Shown here: in pieces, positions 1-11,781 of the stretch
Layout of the letters: each line of letters begins with the position of its first letter
Position numbering within the stretch: the first letter of the stretch is position 1
Origin: Eimeria praecox
Lineage: Eukaryota
Assembly: GCA_963920595.1 (NCBI GenBank)
Contig: OY986949.1
Coordinates: 62,001-126,000, forward strand
Length of the DNA: 64,000 nt
Direction: 5' to 3'
Position numbers and translations under genes: made by a program
The notes under the pieces: model-generated
Database searches by the model: none
The model's input: the letters and a program-made list of their open reading frames with translations, nothing else
Told to the model about the DNA's origin: nothing

Positions 1-3000
1 CACTTCGTCATACAACGAAGGAGCACTCTGCACATACGTTCACAGCCTCGCGAGTTCATAATTCAAATTCTTTCTTCGCAGAGCCACCGTCTCGCAGGCG
101 CAAAAGGTCCTGCGTATATCATGGGCTGATGCAGTTTCCCACGCACCTCATAGCTAAGGAAAACTCAACAAAACCTGCACCATCGCTCCCAGCCATCACT
201 GCTGCCAGACACATGCGCAGTGCGACCCAAAAAAAAGAAGTGCATCGCCATGCAAACCAAATTATATAAGCTGCATTTGAGCCTGGTTTGCCTACGCCTG
301 GTCTCCTTTTCATCACCCCAGTTCCCACACACCACCAGCCGCTCTCATCCATCCAACAGTTGACACCCCTCACAACCGTCGATCCTAGCCAAACCTATCA
401 TAAGCAAACGCCCACCCCTCATTGCGTGCTACGAGAACCGGCACCTCACACATGCAATATCAGCGGCATCTTTGCGCTGCTAACACTCCAAGTACCCACC
501 CTACACGACACCCATTCACGCAACCAAGCAAGCCACACTGTCCCTCATCAACAGACAACCTCCTTGCTGGTGTCCAAGCCACTCACACACACTGACCACT
601 GTTAAGAATCCGCAAGCCCTGTGCAGTTGTCCCCACAACCGTCAAGATAGTCTAACCGCAGCAAGGCAGAACTTGTCATCTCTCACTGATCGCATGCGGC
701 CGACGCTCCATCCTGCACTGGCTTCTTGGCGCCCCCCTAAAAGAGCATGTCAATGTGCAGCGAAATCCTCCTTGTTACATACTGCAACCTCTCACAACTC
801 TTCTGCTCGCCATCAGCGGGCTTATCCAAGCTCTGTTTGACGCCTGCCACACTGCCCTCAATGCAACGCAGCCTAATCGTCCTCGCTTTCGCGTTCCATC
901 ACGGCGCCTCCAATGCTCACCTCCTGCTGGAGCTCAAGCATGCCTTAACGCATACCAACACTACTTTGCATGCTCCTCTCAGCCATTCCGCACCAAACCC
1001 TTGCGCTCCAGGCAGCAAGTGCCGTCAAACCGCATTAATTGCACACCCACAGGGACCAGTATAGACGCAAAGCAAACATGCAGGAGGTGCCTGATCGTAA
1101 TCGTAGCACACTGCATCACCACCCACCCCTGGCACACATTTCAAGTGCATCCTCAACAACAGGCTCTGACACAATGCTTGGCCCCGCCACATGCTTCGAA
1201 AACGCACCTCATGTGCCTAACGCCATTCCCCACCACTCATAACCGTGCCGCGTTGCTTTCTCCACCCAGCCGCCCGTCAGCGGCCGCCTATCGTTCCTAT
1301 GCTCATCATGTACTTCGCCAACCCCTCAATTAGCATAAAATGCTGGCCTAGCGTATGCATTTGCCCGACTCCCAGCAAGCTACCAGTCTCCGAGCCAAAC
1401 CAGCTTCAGCGCATGCACTTCGTCATACAACGAAGGAGCACTCTGCACATCCGTTCACAGCCTCGCGAGCTCATAATTCAAATTCTTTCTTCGCAGAGCC
1501 ACCGTCTCGCAGGCGCAAACGGTCCTGCGTATATCATGGGCTGATGCAGTTTCCCACGCACCTCATAGCTAAGGAAAACTCCACAAAACCTGCACCAGCG
1601 CTCCCAGCCATCTTATATAAGCTGCATTTGAGCCTGGTTTGCCTACGCCTGGTCTCCTTTTCATCACCCCAGTTCCCACACACCACCAGCCGCTCTCATC
1701 CATCCAACAGTTGACACCCCTCACAACCGTCGATCCTAGCCAAACCTATCATAAGCAAACGCCCACCCCTCATTGCGTGCTACGAGAACCGGCACCTCAC
1801 ACATGCAATATCAACGGCATCTTTGCGCTGCTAACACTCCAAGTACCCACCCTACACGACACCCATTCACGCAGCCAAGCAAGCCACACTGTCCCTCATC
1901 AACAGACAACCTCCTTGCTGGTGTCCAAGCCACTCACACACACTGACCACTGTTAAGAATCCGCAAGCCCTGTGCAGTTGTCCCCACAACCGTCAAGATA
2001 GTCTAACCGCAGCAAGGCAGAACTTGTCATCTCTCACTGATCGCATGCGGCCGACGCTCCATCCTGCACTGGCTTCTTGGCGCCCCTCTAAAAGAGCATG
2101 TCAATGTGCAGCGAAATCCTCCTTGTTACATACTGCAACCTCTCACAACTCTTCTGCTCGCCATCGACTTATCCAAGCTCTGTTTGACGCCTGCCACACT
2201 GCCCTCAATGCAACGCAGCCTAATCGTCCTCGCTTTCGCGTTCCATCACGGCGCCTCCAATGCTCACCCCCTGCGAGAGCTCAAGTATGCATGGTCTCGC
2301 CACATGCTTCGAAAAAGGAACCCCATATGCCTAACGCAATTCCCCACCACTCATAACCATGCCGCGTTGCTTTCTCCACCCAGCCGCCCGTCAGCGGCCG
2401 CCTATCTTTCCTATGCTCATCATGTACCTCGCCAACCCCTCAATTAGCATAAAATGCTGGCCTAGCGTATGCATCTGCCCGACTCCCAGCACGCTACCAG
2501 TCTCCATTGTGCATCCCCTGGAATAACGAACGTGGCTGCTAGGCACCGTGGACACGGGAAGCACAGGCCCCAAGCAGCCCACACATGAACGCCACAAGTA
2601 AAAGGCATTCTAAATAGCTCCTTACTGCTACTAGTCACTCAATCATCTAGGACACTCACGCCGCAATTTCATGACTGCCGCTGTGCCTGGGCGGTCAATA
2701 AAAACACACTTTCTGATTCAACAAGCAAATTCTATCGACCTAGCCACTTCCACCTAACCTTCTGGTGTTAAAAACGCCAAGAGCCAAACCAGCTTCAGCG
2801 CATGCACTTCGTCATACAACGAAGGAGCACTCTGCACATACGTTCACAGCCTCGCGAGTTCATAATTCAAATTCTTTCTCCGCAGAGCCACCGTCCCGCA
2901 GGTGCAAACGGTCCTGCGTAAATCATGGGCTGATGCAGTTTCCCATGCACCTCATAGCTAAGGAAAACTCCACAAAACCTGCACCATCGCTCCCAGCCAT

Positions 3001-4245
3001 CTTATATAAGCTGCATTTGAGCCTGGTTTGCCTACGCCTGGTCTCCTTTTCATCACCCCAGTTCCCACACACCACCAGCCGCTCTCATCCATCCAACAGT
3101 TGACACCCCTCACAACCGTCGATCCTAGCCAAACCTATCATAAGCAAACGCCCACCCCTCATTGCGTGCTACGAGAACGGGCACCTCACACATGCAATAT
3201 CAACGGCATCTTTGCGCTGCTAACACTCCAAGTACCCACCCTACACGACACCCATTCACGCAACCAAGCAAGCCACACTGTCCCTCATCAACAGACAACC
3301 TCCTTGCTGGTGTCCAAGCCACTCACACACACTGACCACTGTTAAGAATCCGCAAGCCCTGTGCAGTTGTCCCCACAACCGTCAAGATAGTCTAACCGCA
3401 GCAAGGCAGAACTTGTCATCTCTCACTGATCGCATGCGGCCGACGCTCCATCCTGCACTGGCTTCTTGGCGCCCCCCTAAAAGAGCATGTCAATGTGCAG
3501 CGAAATCCTCCTTGTTACATACTGCAACCTCTCACAACTCTTCTGCTCGCCATCAGCGGGCTTATCCAAGCTCTGTTTGACGCCTGCCACACTGCCCTCA
3601 ATGCAACGCAGCCTAATCGTCCTCGCTTTCGCGTTCCATCACGGCGCATCCAATGCTCACCCCCTGTGAGAGCTCAAGTATGCATGGTCTCGCCACATGC
3701 TTCGAAAAAGGAACCCCATATGCCTAACGCAATTCCTCACCACTCATAACCATGCCGCGTTGCTTTCTCCACCCAGCCGCCCGTCAGCGGCCGCCTATCT
3801 TTCCTATGCTCATCATGTACCTCGCCAACCCCTCAATTAGCATAAAATGCTGGCCTAGCGTATGCATCTGCCCGACTCCCAGCACGCTACCAGTCTCCAT
3901 TGTGCATCCCTGGAATAACGAACGTCTCTGCTAGGCACCGTGGACACGGGAAGCACAGGCCCCAAGCAGCCCACACATGAACGCCACAAGTAAAAGGCAT
4001 TCTAAATAGCTCCTTACTGCTCCTAGTCATTCAATCATCTAGGACACCCACGCCGCAATTTCATGACTGCCGCTGTGCCTGGGCGGTCAATGAAAACACT
4101 CTTTCTGATTCAGCAAGCAAATTCTATCGACCTAGCCACTTCCACCTAACCTTCTGGTGTTAAACACGCCAAGAGCCAAACCGGCTTCAGCGCATGCACT
4201 TCGTCATACAACGAAGGAGCACTCTGCTGATACGTTCACTGGCTC
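1..4245 (+). repeat. Satellite array 1: three ~1.35-1.4-kb units (tail types A,B,B) derived from a Ty3/gypsy integrase; truncated by window start
   Basis: The same 105-aa ORF (PTPGLLFITPVP...) recurs at 288, 1639 and 3028 (periods 1351, 1389). Unit translations QPREFIIQILSSQSHRLAG, KENSTKPAPSL, GLLFITPVP, HTDHC*ES and HASKKEP follow the order of integrase motifs (recalled as FPEFLTQVLYSHHDHVTAGH, NQKPAGLL, SLDFITDLP, QTDGQTER, CSKFEP). Confidence 0.95.
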
Positions 4246-4259
4246 GTGAGTTTACACTA

Positions 4260-7090
4260 CACTTTTATTTTGCGCAGGTCCAACTGCGCGGAAGTTAAAG
4301 CCGTCATATGCGTTAGCCGCGTGTGCAATTTTTGTCTCACAGTAAAGACAAGGTTCCAGCGGCAAAGGGAAAATTCGATTTCTCTCTGGCCAGCATTGTA
4401 TTCTTGCCAAACGCCCTCATCTGTCTTTGCTCTGGTAGCCTGCCAGTCTGTGTCAATATATCGGGAAAACAACTTTTTCGCCTTTGCGTTTGTACATGAT
4501 GGTGGCAGTTAACATTTGCGTGCGAGCATTTACCTTCCCTTACCGCTGCTACCCAGATGCCGTTGTCTTCTCCCCTCAATCCCACACCAACGGTTGCTGT
4601 CTTCTCCTTGGTTCGCACGTAACTTGTCACTGGCCGCATCGACGACAAACTGTGAAACCGACGAATGCATGCATTCCAGCGTTTGCAAGCTTGGCAGTTT
4701 CTACAACCGTCTCTGCACTACCCTTGAGTCTGCTAGAGGCTGTGTGTAGGGGCCACACGAGCCAATGAGTAAGCATCGGTGTCTAACACCCAACACGCAG
4801 CACTGCCTTGCTTTTGTGGGGGTTCTTAAAACCCCGAAGGCACGATACGATATGCGACGCAGGAGCTTACGCGAAAAAGCTCCACATTGGCCTCGTTGTT
4901 GTAATTGCAAGCATTTGTAGGTGCTTTCAGTGCTCAGTGCGTCTCTTTTGGGCTCAATCGACATAACCCAAGAACCGCATTTGCATCTGCTTATCTGAGC
5001 CCACCAAATGGCTAGGTAAACAGGAATGGCACGCGCGTGCTGGCATGCAGATATTCGCAGCGTTAGAGAGATGTACCAGCAATAGCTGCCACACTAATCA
5101 CTGAAATATGCAGGTTGGCGTTGGCCGGCCGGTACACACAAACTGGGCAGTGGTGATGCGATGGCGTAAGGGGGCCGGTTTTTTGAAAACGCCAAGGCTA
5201 GCAGACATCAAAATGGCTTAGAGCTAAATGCAGCAGCTACACAAATAACGAACATACTGCATGGGGCTTCGCTGCAGTTACACTGTCGTTCTAACCACAG
5301 CGTAAAGTACTTGTACGCCATCTGCGATCAACCTTACCACCATCACGATATTGCAATTTGTTCCGAGTCAAGCGGTTCTGTCATATGCCTCTAGTGTGCC
5401 AATCCAGCTAAGCCTTCTGATTAAAGCCAAACCATTTTTGAGCTCCTAAATAATAAACAAGCAATGCCTCATCTACAATTTAGCGCATTTCATTCGACCA
5501 TCCTGCGCTGCACGGGATACCTAAACGGCATTACCTGCGTTTTTGTTGCCAGCGCCATCTGCAGAATACTCCAGCAAGTACCGAATATCTCAGTGGTTTT
5601 TTGCTTGCCCAGGGATACAAAACAAAACTTCCCCTACATCATAACTGATGATGCCGAAGCCCTCATATAAAGGTATCTGTTATCATGGAACCCTCGTGTC
5701 CAGACCTGTTCTTACTAACTGGATTCCCCGAGAGATAAGAGCAACTGCATCAATGTGGCTACGATTGGCTGATAGTCGGGGAAGGGCATATTCTTATCCA
5801 CATGTGCACTGCGGTTAATGGCGAACTCTGCGCTCCTTAACCCTTTCGTATGAATCCACATGATTCCTTTTCCAATGCGGCAGTTTGCCACCAGTTCAGC
5901 GTTGGCGTGCGAGATTATTTTTAATTGTGACGCCACAAAGATACCTACCTGAGCCAAAATACATACCAAAACACGTCTGCCATGACAAATGCGTTGTTCA
6001 GAATATGCTTTACAACGCAGGCACAGCATTTCATAGTCTAGTTTCAAAGCATTGCCTAGCCGTCTTCGAGATGAACAATCCTTCCACTATGTACTTCCAC
6101 TGAGTAGCTACTCCTTCTTTACAAGGGCGTGTGATTCCTACTAGCGTCTTGTACAGCTAAACAGCGCGGCATGCGCGGTGAAAACACTTCACTTGAAAGC
6201 CCAAACGCCAATCACTATGCCAGCGCTCTTTTCAAGCCTCAGATCGGGCGTGTTCGTCGTTACATACCAGAGCTTCCATCTACCTCAATTCTACTATACC
6301 ACCATGGTTTTCCTCATTGTAAACCAAACCGTAAAGCAACCAGGGTCCACACAAGTCTTGCAGCACCGATTATACGGTCGTTGATACTGTCCTGGACGCC
6401 AATGCACTGCAGATCTCACGCCGCGCCAAGCGTTTCCAGCTTAAACTAGTGTCTTTCTCAGATATCTATAGAAGCAGTGCATTTATCTGCTCATCCAGCT
6501 TAGCCTAATGTCTTCCCTGCGCGTAGCATAACGCCGGACTCACCTTTTCGATCCACCCCAAGCCAACGAGCCCACCACACCTACAAAAGACTTGAAGTTG
6601 TGCATGCTGAACTGGCAGCCCCCAGGCCAGATAGAACCTTTCCCGTCGTGCCGTTCAAAGCAGACACTGAATATCTGAAAGGTAAATTTGGTGTGGCTAT
6701 TACGACACTAGCGTTTCCAAGAACATCGGGATATGGCCTTCATGACGCGCGTGCCTACGATCACAGGAAACACGAGTGCAGCGTGCCTGAACAACTGTGA
6801 CGCCATAACATGACTCCGTTGCTGCGTGCGTGTTAATACCACACGCAGTGCCTCCTTCCCCTGGTCATCCAACCTTGCAAGCGAGCGTTTGGGTCTGGCT
6901 TGGAGCGAAATCTTAGCTAACAGCACCGCATTCTCAGCGCTTGATCCCCTAGGTCGCTTTTTTGGCGCCAAAGCATGCAGTGTAGGCGCACATTCTAAGA
7001 GGCAAATAGCGCGTCACTTCGCCGCCCCAGCAATGATATACATGGTATCCCTTGCTGTGCACATAAGTCTGGTTTGCCATGAATTGCATC
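4260..7090 (+). mobile_element. Decayed chromovirus-like Ty3/gypsy pol relic R1 (RT-RNase H-integrase)
   Basis: Collinear remnants across frameshifts: MMVAVN, FLQPSL, ATQELT, YAICDQ, QAMPHLQ, LQGRVIPTS, YHHGFP, LEVVHAELAAP, KADTEYLKGK, YYDTS, LNNC. These match recalled pol MRMVVN, YLQPLL, ARQELT, YSIYDQ, QALTHLQ, LQQLLIPS, RYHGFP, LDIVGALAP, RAQSHILKAK, YYADT, LNSC. YLDD has decayed to LLEA. Confidence 0.75.
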
Positions 7091-7099
7091 ATGGCTACA

Positions 7100-7341
7100 A
7101 CAGTGCTGCGCTCTCCACTGTGTATCATACAGCCTGCACCACGCACAAGCGATAATTGCATACCGCAAGGGTTTACACTATTGTTAACAAACAGTTACTT
7201 TGTGAAACCCTGACTGCCTTGGCAAAAAGTGCGACACGACGGCCTAAAGGGCATACTGTCGCTAAAGAGTGGATTATGGTGCGCTTTGCGACTGAATGCC
7301 GCCTCCTTGAGTTGTGTAGTTAGGCTGTCAGCATCTACGTG

Positions 7342-7398
<57 letters not shown>

Positions 7399-8330
7399 AC
7401 GAACAAGCACGCAGAGACACGCAGACACATCTAAACACGCAAACAAGTGAGTGTTGCGTTTCATAATCACTATGCCGGCCCAGTGGTCGGGTCTTGGTAT
7501 GAGCTGTTTGGATGTCAGGCATGTCAGGCCCTACAAAGGCAGACGCATAACTCCAAATCTGCTCAAGGCCTCACTTCAGCCTGCCGAAAGGGCACAAAAG
7601 GGAACCGCACAATCAACGAAGATGCTTCTCCAGGATCTAGGCCAGCCACGGGTAGTACGAAAGGCTCACAAAGGAGCGGCGTGATGGAGCGGGTTCGCCC
7701 CGCTGCAGCACCGGCAGGTTTGGTCCTAAACGAAATCAGTGCACCGATGGTAGCGCTTCTGCCACCCTTCACAGAGCGGCAATATGCAGGCACTCACAGC
7801 TTTGACGCCCTACACAAAATGCCTTGACGTGGCAATGTGAACGTGTTCGTGAGGTCCCCGTGCAACGTCCCCTCTCGCCAAGCACCATTATGCGGCAGGT
7901 GCAACCTAGCCGTATGCGTGCGGCCGCTTGGGACAGTGAATGCAAACAGGCAGCAGCCTCTTTGCGTCAGCGCCTATAAGGCTCCGCTGCTACTGGGGGC
8001 CACAGGCGGTGCGTATGCACCCACAAACTGAACAGCAGCGACAGTCAAGCTATTTCAGTCCTGTCTGAATAAAGTGGACGGCAGAGCACACTCGAACTCT
8101 GCAGTGCCACCGGTTGCCACCGGTCAGAATGGCAAAAGCCGCTTGCGCCTCTCTCAACGTCATCGCCTAAGCTATGCTCAAAGACGACACGAACAATCGT
8201 CGCCTGCAATACCACCTATGTTAGGTGTTGAATGCAACGTACCAACGCCGGTGGCGGTGCTGATTATGGATTCTGCAACGTCTCTGCTGAGAAAGGTGTT
8301 CTGGAGAGGTTAGTGGTGCTGCACAGGAGA
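7100..8330 (-). pseudogene. Decayed protein-kinase-like (ROPK-like) paralog K-A
   Basis: Minus-strand remnants in kinase order: SLGDDVERGASGF..QPVAL (~8170-8100), TLHGDLT (~7866-7848), IWS (gatttggag ~7560), a (TG)n tract ending in AG, then DSLTTQLKEAAF. Paralogous to K-B/C/D, with multiple stops and frameshifts. Confidence 0.5.
7346..7396. repeat. (CA)n microsatellite
   Basis: Perfect CA run seen directly. Confidence 0.98.
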
Positions 8331-8399
8331 AAGGGCATCATACGCTCTGCGCCAGAAGGACACGGCATTTGGCCTGGCGTGGAAATCATGCCAGTTCGT

Positions 8400-8990
8400 T
8401 TGCACACCTAGTTCTTTGAAAATTATCTGCTCTTCTGAACAACCAGGCTGGGCCGGCCCGTACCTCAAAACAATCCCGGGCATCCATTATGGCGTAGGGA
8501 ATTGCCCTGCTTTGTTAGACAGTCTTTTGCATCTTCCACAAGCTGTCTAAACCGGTATACACACACGGACGCAAACCCAACAACTTATAGGTCTTATGGG
8601 CCACCACCTTCCGGTTTTGAACTGGGTGCCTTCCAGTGCGTCGTTTGGGCGAATACCGCATTCGTATTCTGCGCACCATCCCAAGCTAGCTCTGACAGCA
8701 ACGTACCTGGAGAAAACAAAGCCTACAGCACCCGCATATCTCCATCTTTATACTCCAAAAGTACCCTATGAAACAGCAGGTTCACCGTTGCTGAACGACA
8801 TCCAACGTCGTTGTTGAAGACACCCAGACAACCTGCCTCACAAACTATGTTCTTTCTTGAGAGCACCTACTGGTAGTGCCACAGCATGTGCCAAATTAGG
8901 TGTCTAGCCTTCGGCTAGGCCGCAACCAACCAGCTGCAAGAGTCTATCATATATCTATGTATTTGCGTGGGGGCTGGAAGGCAAAAGCGC
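8400..8990 (+). mobile_element. Decayed integrase C-terminus + chromodomain relic R2
   Basis: ORF 8596 HHLPVLN...KLALTATY...VPYETAG resembles recalled KHLPPLN...RLALPPTY...VPQE, followed by NYVL, TGSATACAK, QPAA and YLRGGW in chromodomain order. Confidence 0.65.
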
Positions 8991-9190
8991 TTTTTGTCAA
9001 AGCCCTCAGCTCAATCTCCTCATTTCAGTGCTTCTGCAAGCGTCTGAAATACCGCATGGGACGCTGCACGATAAGCAGCACTCACCATGGCACACGCTTT
9101 GTGCCTTGGCTTGATGCGACGCCGCGGCACACAGCATCGCATCCCTGACACCTGGTGCCTAAGGACTTCCAGTTGTTCTCGACGCAAACG

Positions 9191-10690
9191 CATGAAATAT
9201 AAACGCACTCCCTAGGGGGCAGTGGCCGCGATGCGTCACTGGCGTAGCAATACCATGCAGGTATCGCTCACTGTAAACGTGGTTCTGGCTTGTCGTGTGT
9301 TGTCATGGAATGTCTCATGAAAACTGCAAATTGTGCTGGACGTTTTGACGCTGTCGTATAAATGACGTAAGCATGCACCGTGTTGCTCTCCAGTTTAATC
9401 GGGGTAGGATGTCTGGTGAAGAATATGTACGCGCGTAGAAGATGTGACTACGGAATCTGGACTCCTTGCACCACAGCATAGTGTTCTGTCAAGACCACTT
9501 AGGCTGCTTAGGCCACTAGGCACCGTACACTCTGCGTCACAAACATAAAGCGAATCACATGCTCAAAGGGCTTGCCTCTTTGTAACAGGCCACTTATTTG
9601 TGAGACCCAGATCGCGCTGATATTAAATGCCGCACGGCAATCTAAACACCACAGCGATTCCTGCCGCTAAGCAGTGCAGTAGGGGGTCCTTCTCTGCTGA
9701 TGTGCCCCCTCGCTGGCGTTAGTGGTTAGGCTGTGAGCTTCTCCATGCACACAAATGCACAGACACACAAATACACACACAACGAGTAAGCGTCGAGTTT
9801 CAAGCTCATTATGTCTGCCCAGTACACGAGCCGTAATTGCCAAAGTGCTGGTGCCAGCTCCTCCAAATTCAAGCCTGGAGCTCCAAATCAACGCAAGACT
9901 TCACCTCAAATTGCTCATAGGACAGGAAAAGCAGCGCACAATCAACAAAGGTTTTCCTCGGCCTGGGCTGCCCGCCACAGGTAGCTGCAAATGTACACAA
10001 GCGTCATGCTTGGCGGAACTGCCTCCACTACCAACGGCTTCAGACGTCACCTCCTTCAACGCACACGCCAAAGTTATGTCGGCCCACTTTGTTGAGGCCT
10101 CTAAACCACTTTTGTCTTTGATATCATCCATTCATTGTTGCCTCCTTAAATCTTGAGCCTTCCTTCACAAAACTGCAATAACTCGCTTCCGGCAGCTTTT
10201 TCAGCCTACGCGAAATGCCTTGGCGTGACCGTTTGCGTGTGTGTCGTCAGCTCCTCATGCAGCTTCCTCTCTTCCAAAGTGCCGCTGAGCATCACCGAGC
10301 AGCCTCGCCCTATGTGTGCAGTCGATTGGAACAGCAATGAATAGAAAGAAGCAGCAGCACCTTTTCTCCGGGGGCTATAATGCTCCCCTGTTACTGAAGA
10401 CACGGGCATCCCGCAGGTGTCCACGAACGCCGACCAACCTAATTCAGTGCTGCATTAAAAGAAGTGGATGCCAACACTTGGTGCTGCTATACAAGCTTGT
10501 CGCCAGCTTGCTTTCGAAATAAGATTTTCATGCGCTGCCTCTCTCAACTTCATCACCTAGGCTACTCTCAATTTTCGGCACGCAGCAACGGTGGCTTCAG
10601 CAATGCCGCAAGTTGCAAACTCTTGGGGAGGCACAGCCTCAGCCCTGAACCCTGCAGCAGTAGCCACTGGTGCTGCAGCTCATTCAAATC
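9191..10690 (-). pseudogene. Decayed kinase-like paralog K-B (includes shared 3' flank)
   Basis: Minus-strand SLGDEVERG (~10563-10535), KLHEELT, WADITLACALKE (catalytic-loop-like, ~10086-10052), AVGSGGSS (DFG position), IWS (~9889), LLHCLA. Forms a ~1.5-kb direct tandem pair with K-C. Confidence 0.5.
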
Positions 10691-11233
10691 CATGAAATGT
10701 AAGCGCACTCGCTAAAGGGTAATTTGTGGGTCGTGCCACTGTCACTGCAATACAGTACGCAGTACCACTTACTGTAGAGCTGTAAAGTCGAGTCCAGCTA
10801 TTCGTTAATCGCCTCTTGGCAAAAGCAAATTGTGCTGGAAGTTTCGATGCTGCCATCGAAGCTCTCAGCAACGCGAACAGGTAGCACGCTGCTCATTGGT
10901 ATTACCAGCAAAGGATGCCCAGTGAAGAACATCTACGCGCGTAGAAGATGTGACTACGGAGTCTGGATTCCTCACACCAGAGCACTGGGCTCTGTGAAGG
11001 CCAACTGTGCTGCGCTCTCCACTTTGCATCGTACACGCTGCGCCAAGTACAAGCGACGGTTGCACACTGAAAGCGTTTACACAGCAAACAATTACTTTGT
11101 GAGACCCTGATTCCCTTGGCAGTAAATGTGAAACAACCGCGTACACTGCTGTTAAACAGTGGATTATGGGTTGCTTTTTCGGATGAATGCCGCCTCTTTG
11201 AGTTGCGTAGTTAGGCTGTCAGCATCTACATGC

Positions 11234-11238
<5 letters not shown>

Positions 11239-11285
<47 letters not shown>
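11239..11285. repeat. (CA)n microsatellite
   Basis: Perfect CA run, at the position paralogous to 7346-7396. Confidence 0.98.
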
Positions 11286-11287
<2 letters not shown>

Positions 11288-11725
11288 ACGAACAAACACG
11301 CAGAGACCTGCAGACACATCCAAACATGCAAACAAGTGAGTGTTGTGTCTCATAATCATTGTGCCGGCCCAGTGGTCGGGTCTCGGTAGCAGCTGCTTGG
11401 ACGTCAGGCATGTCAGGCCCTGCAAAGGCAGACGCATAACTCCAAATCAGCGCACGGCGTCGCTTCAGCGTGCCGAAAGGCTACGAAACACCTCGCGCAA
11501 TCAAAGAATGTGTTGCCCCATGGTATGCAATGCCCCTCTCATGACGTCGGAAAGGCTGAGAAGCCTCCTGGGTAGCGGATAAACTTCCAGCGTCTGCTTC
11601 TTTAGCCATCTTGCCTCTCAAAAATCATTAGATATGTGATGGCCACTACGGAGTCCGGCTGGCCTCTAGTGTCCATACGAGAACGACTGCTCTCTTGCCA
11701 ACAGATGGGCCTACATTCAAAAAGG

Positions 11726-11728
<3 letters not shown>

Positions 11729-11780
<52 letters not shown>
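11729..11780. repeat. (TA)26 microsatellite
   Basis: Perfect TA run seen directly. Confidence 0.98.

Positions 11781-11781
<1 letters not shown>

Noticed and set aside
697..720. ggccgacgct..atcctgcac shared with ~16204-16226
   Set aside because: One site maps to integrase and the other to RNase H in the inferred frames, so it is likely coincidence aided by similar composition.
288..1333. Repeated 105-aa and 192-aa ORFs as a tandem protein-coding gene family
   Set aside because: Several start at non-ATG codons, they overlap in several frames, and they are broken by unit-specific indels. They are better explained as pieces of a frameshifted integrase relic.
4663..4676. 14-bp palindrome containing TGCATGCA (octamer also at 60901)
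   Set aside because: This octamer is common in coccidian non-coding DNA and lies inside pol relics, with no evidence of a regulatory role here.
8768..8790. atgaaacagcaggttcaccgttg closely resembles ~63253-63274
   Set aside because: The two sites fall at different positions of the inferred pol frame and the match does not extend; treated as chance.
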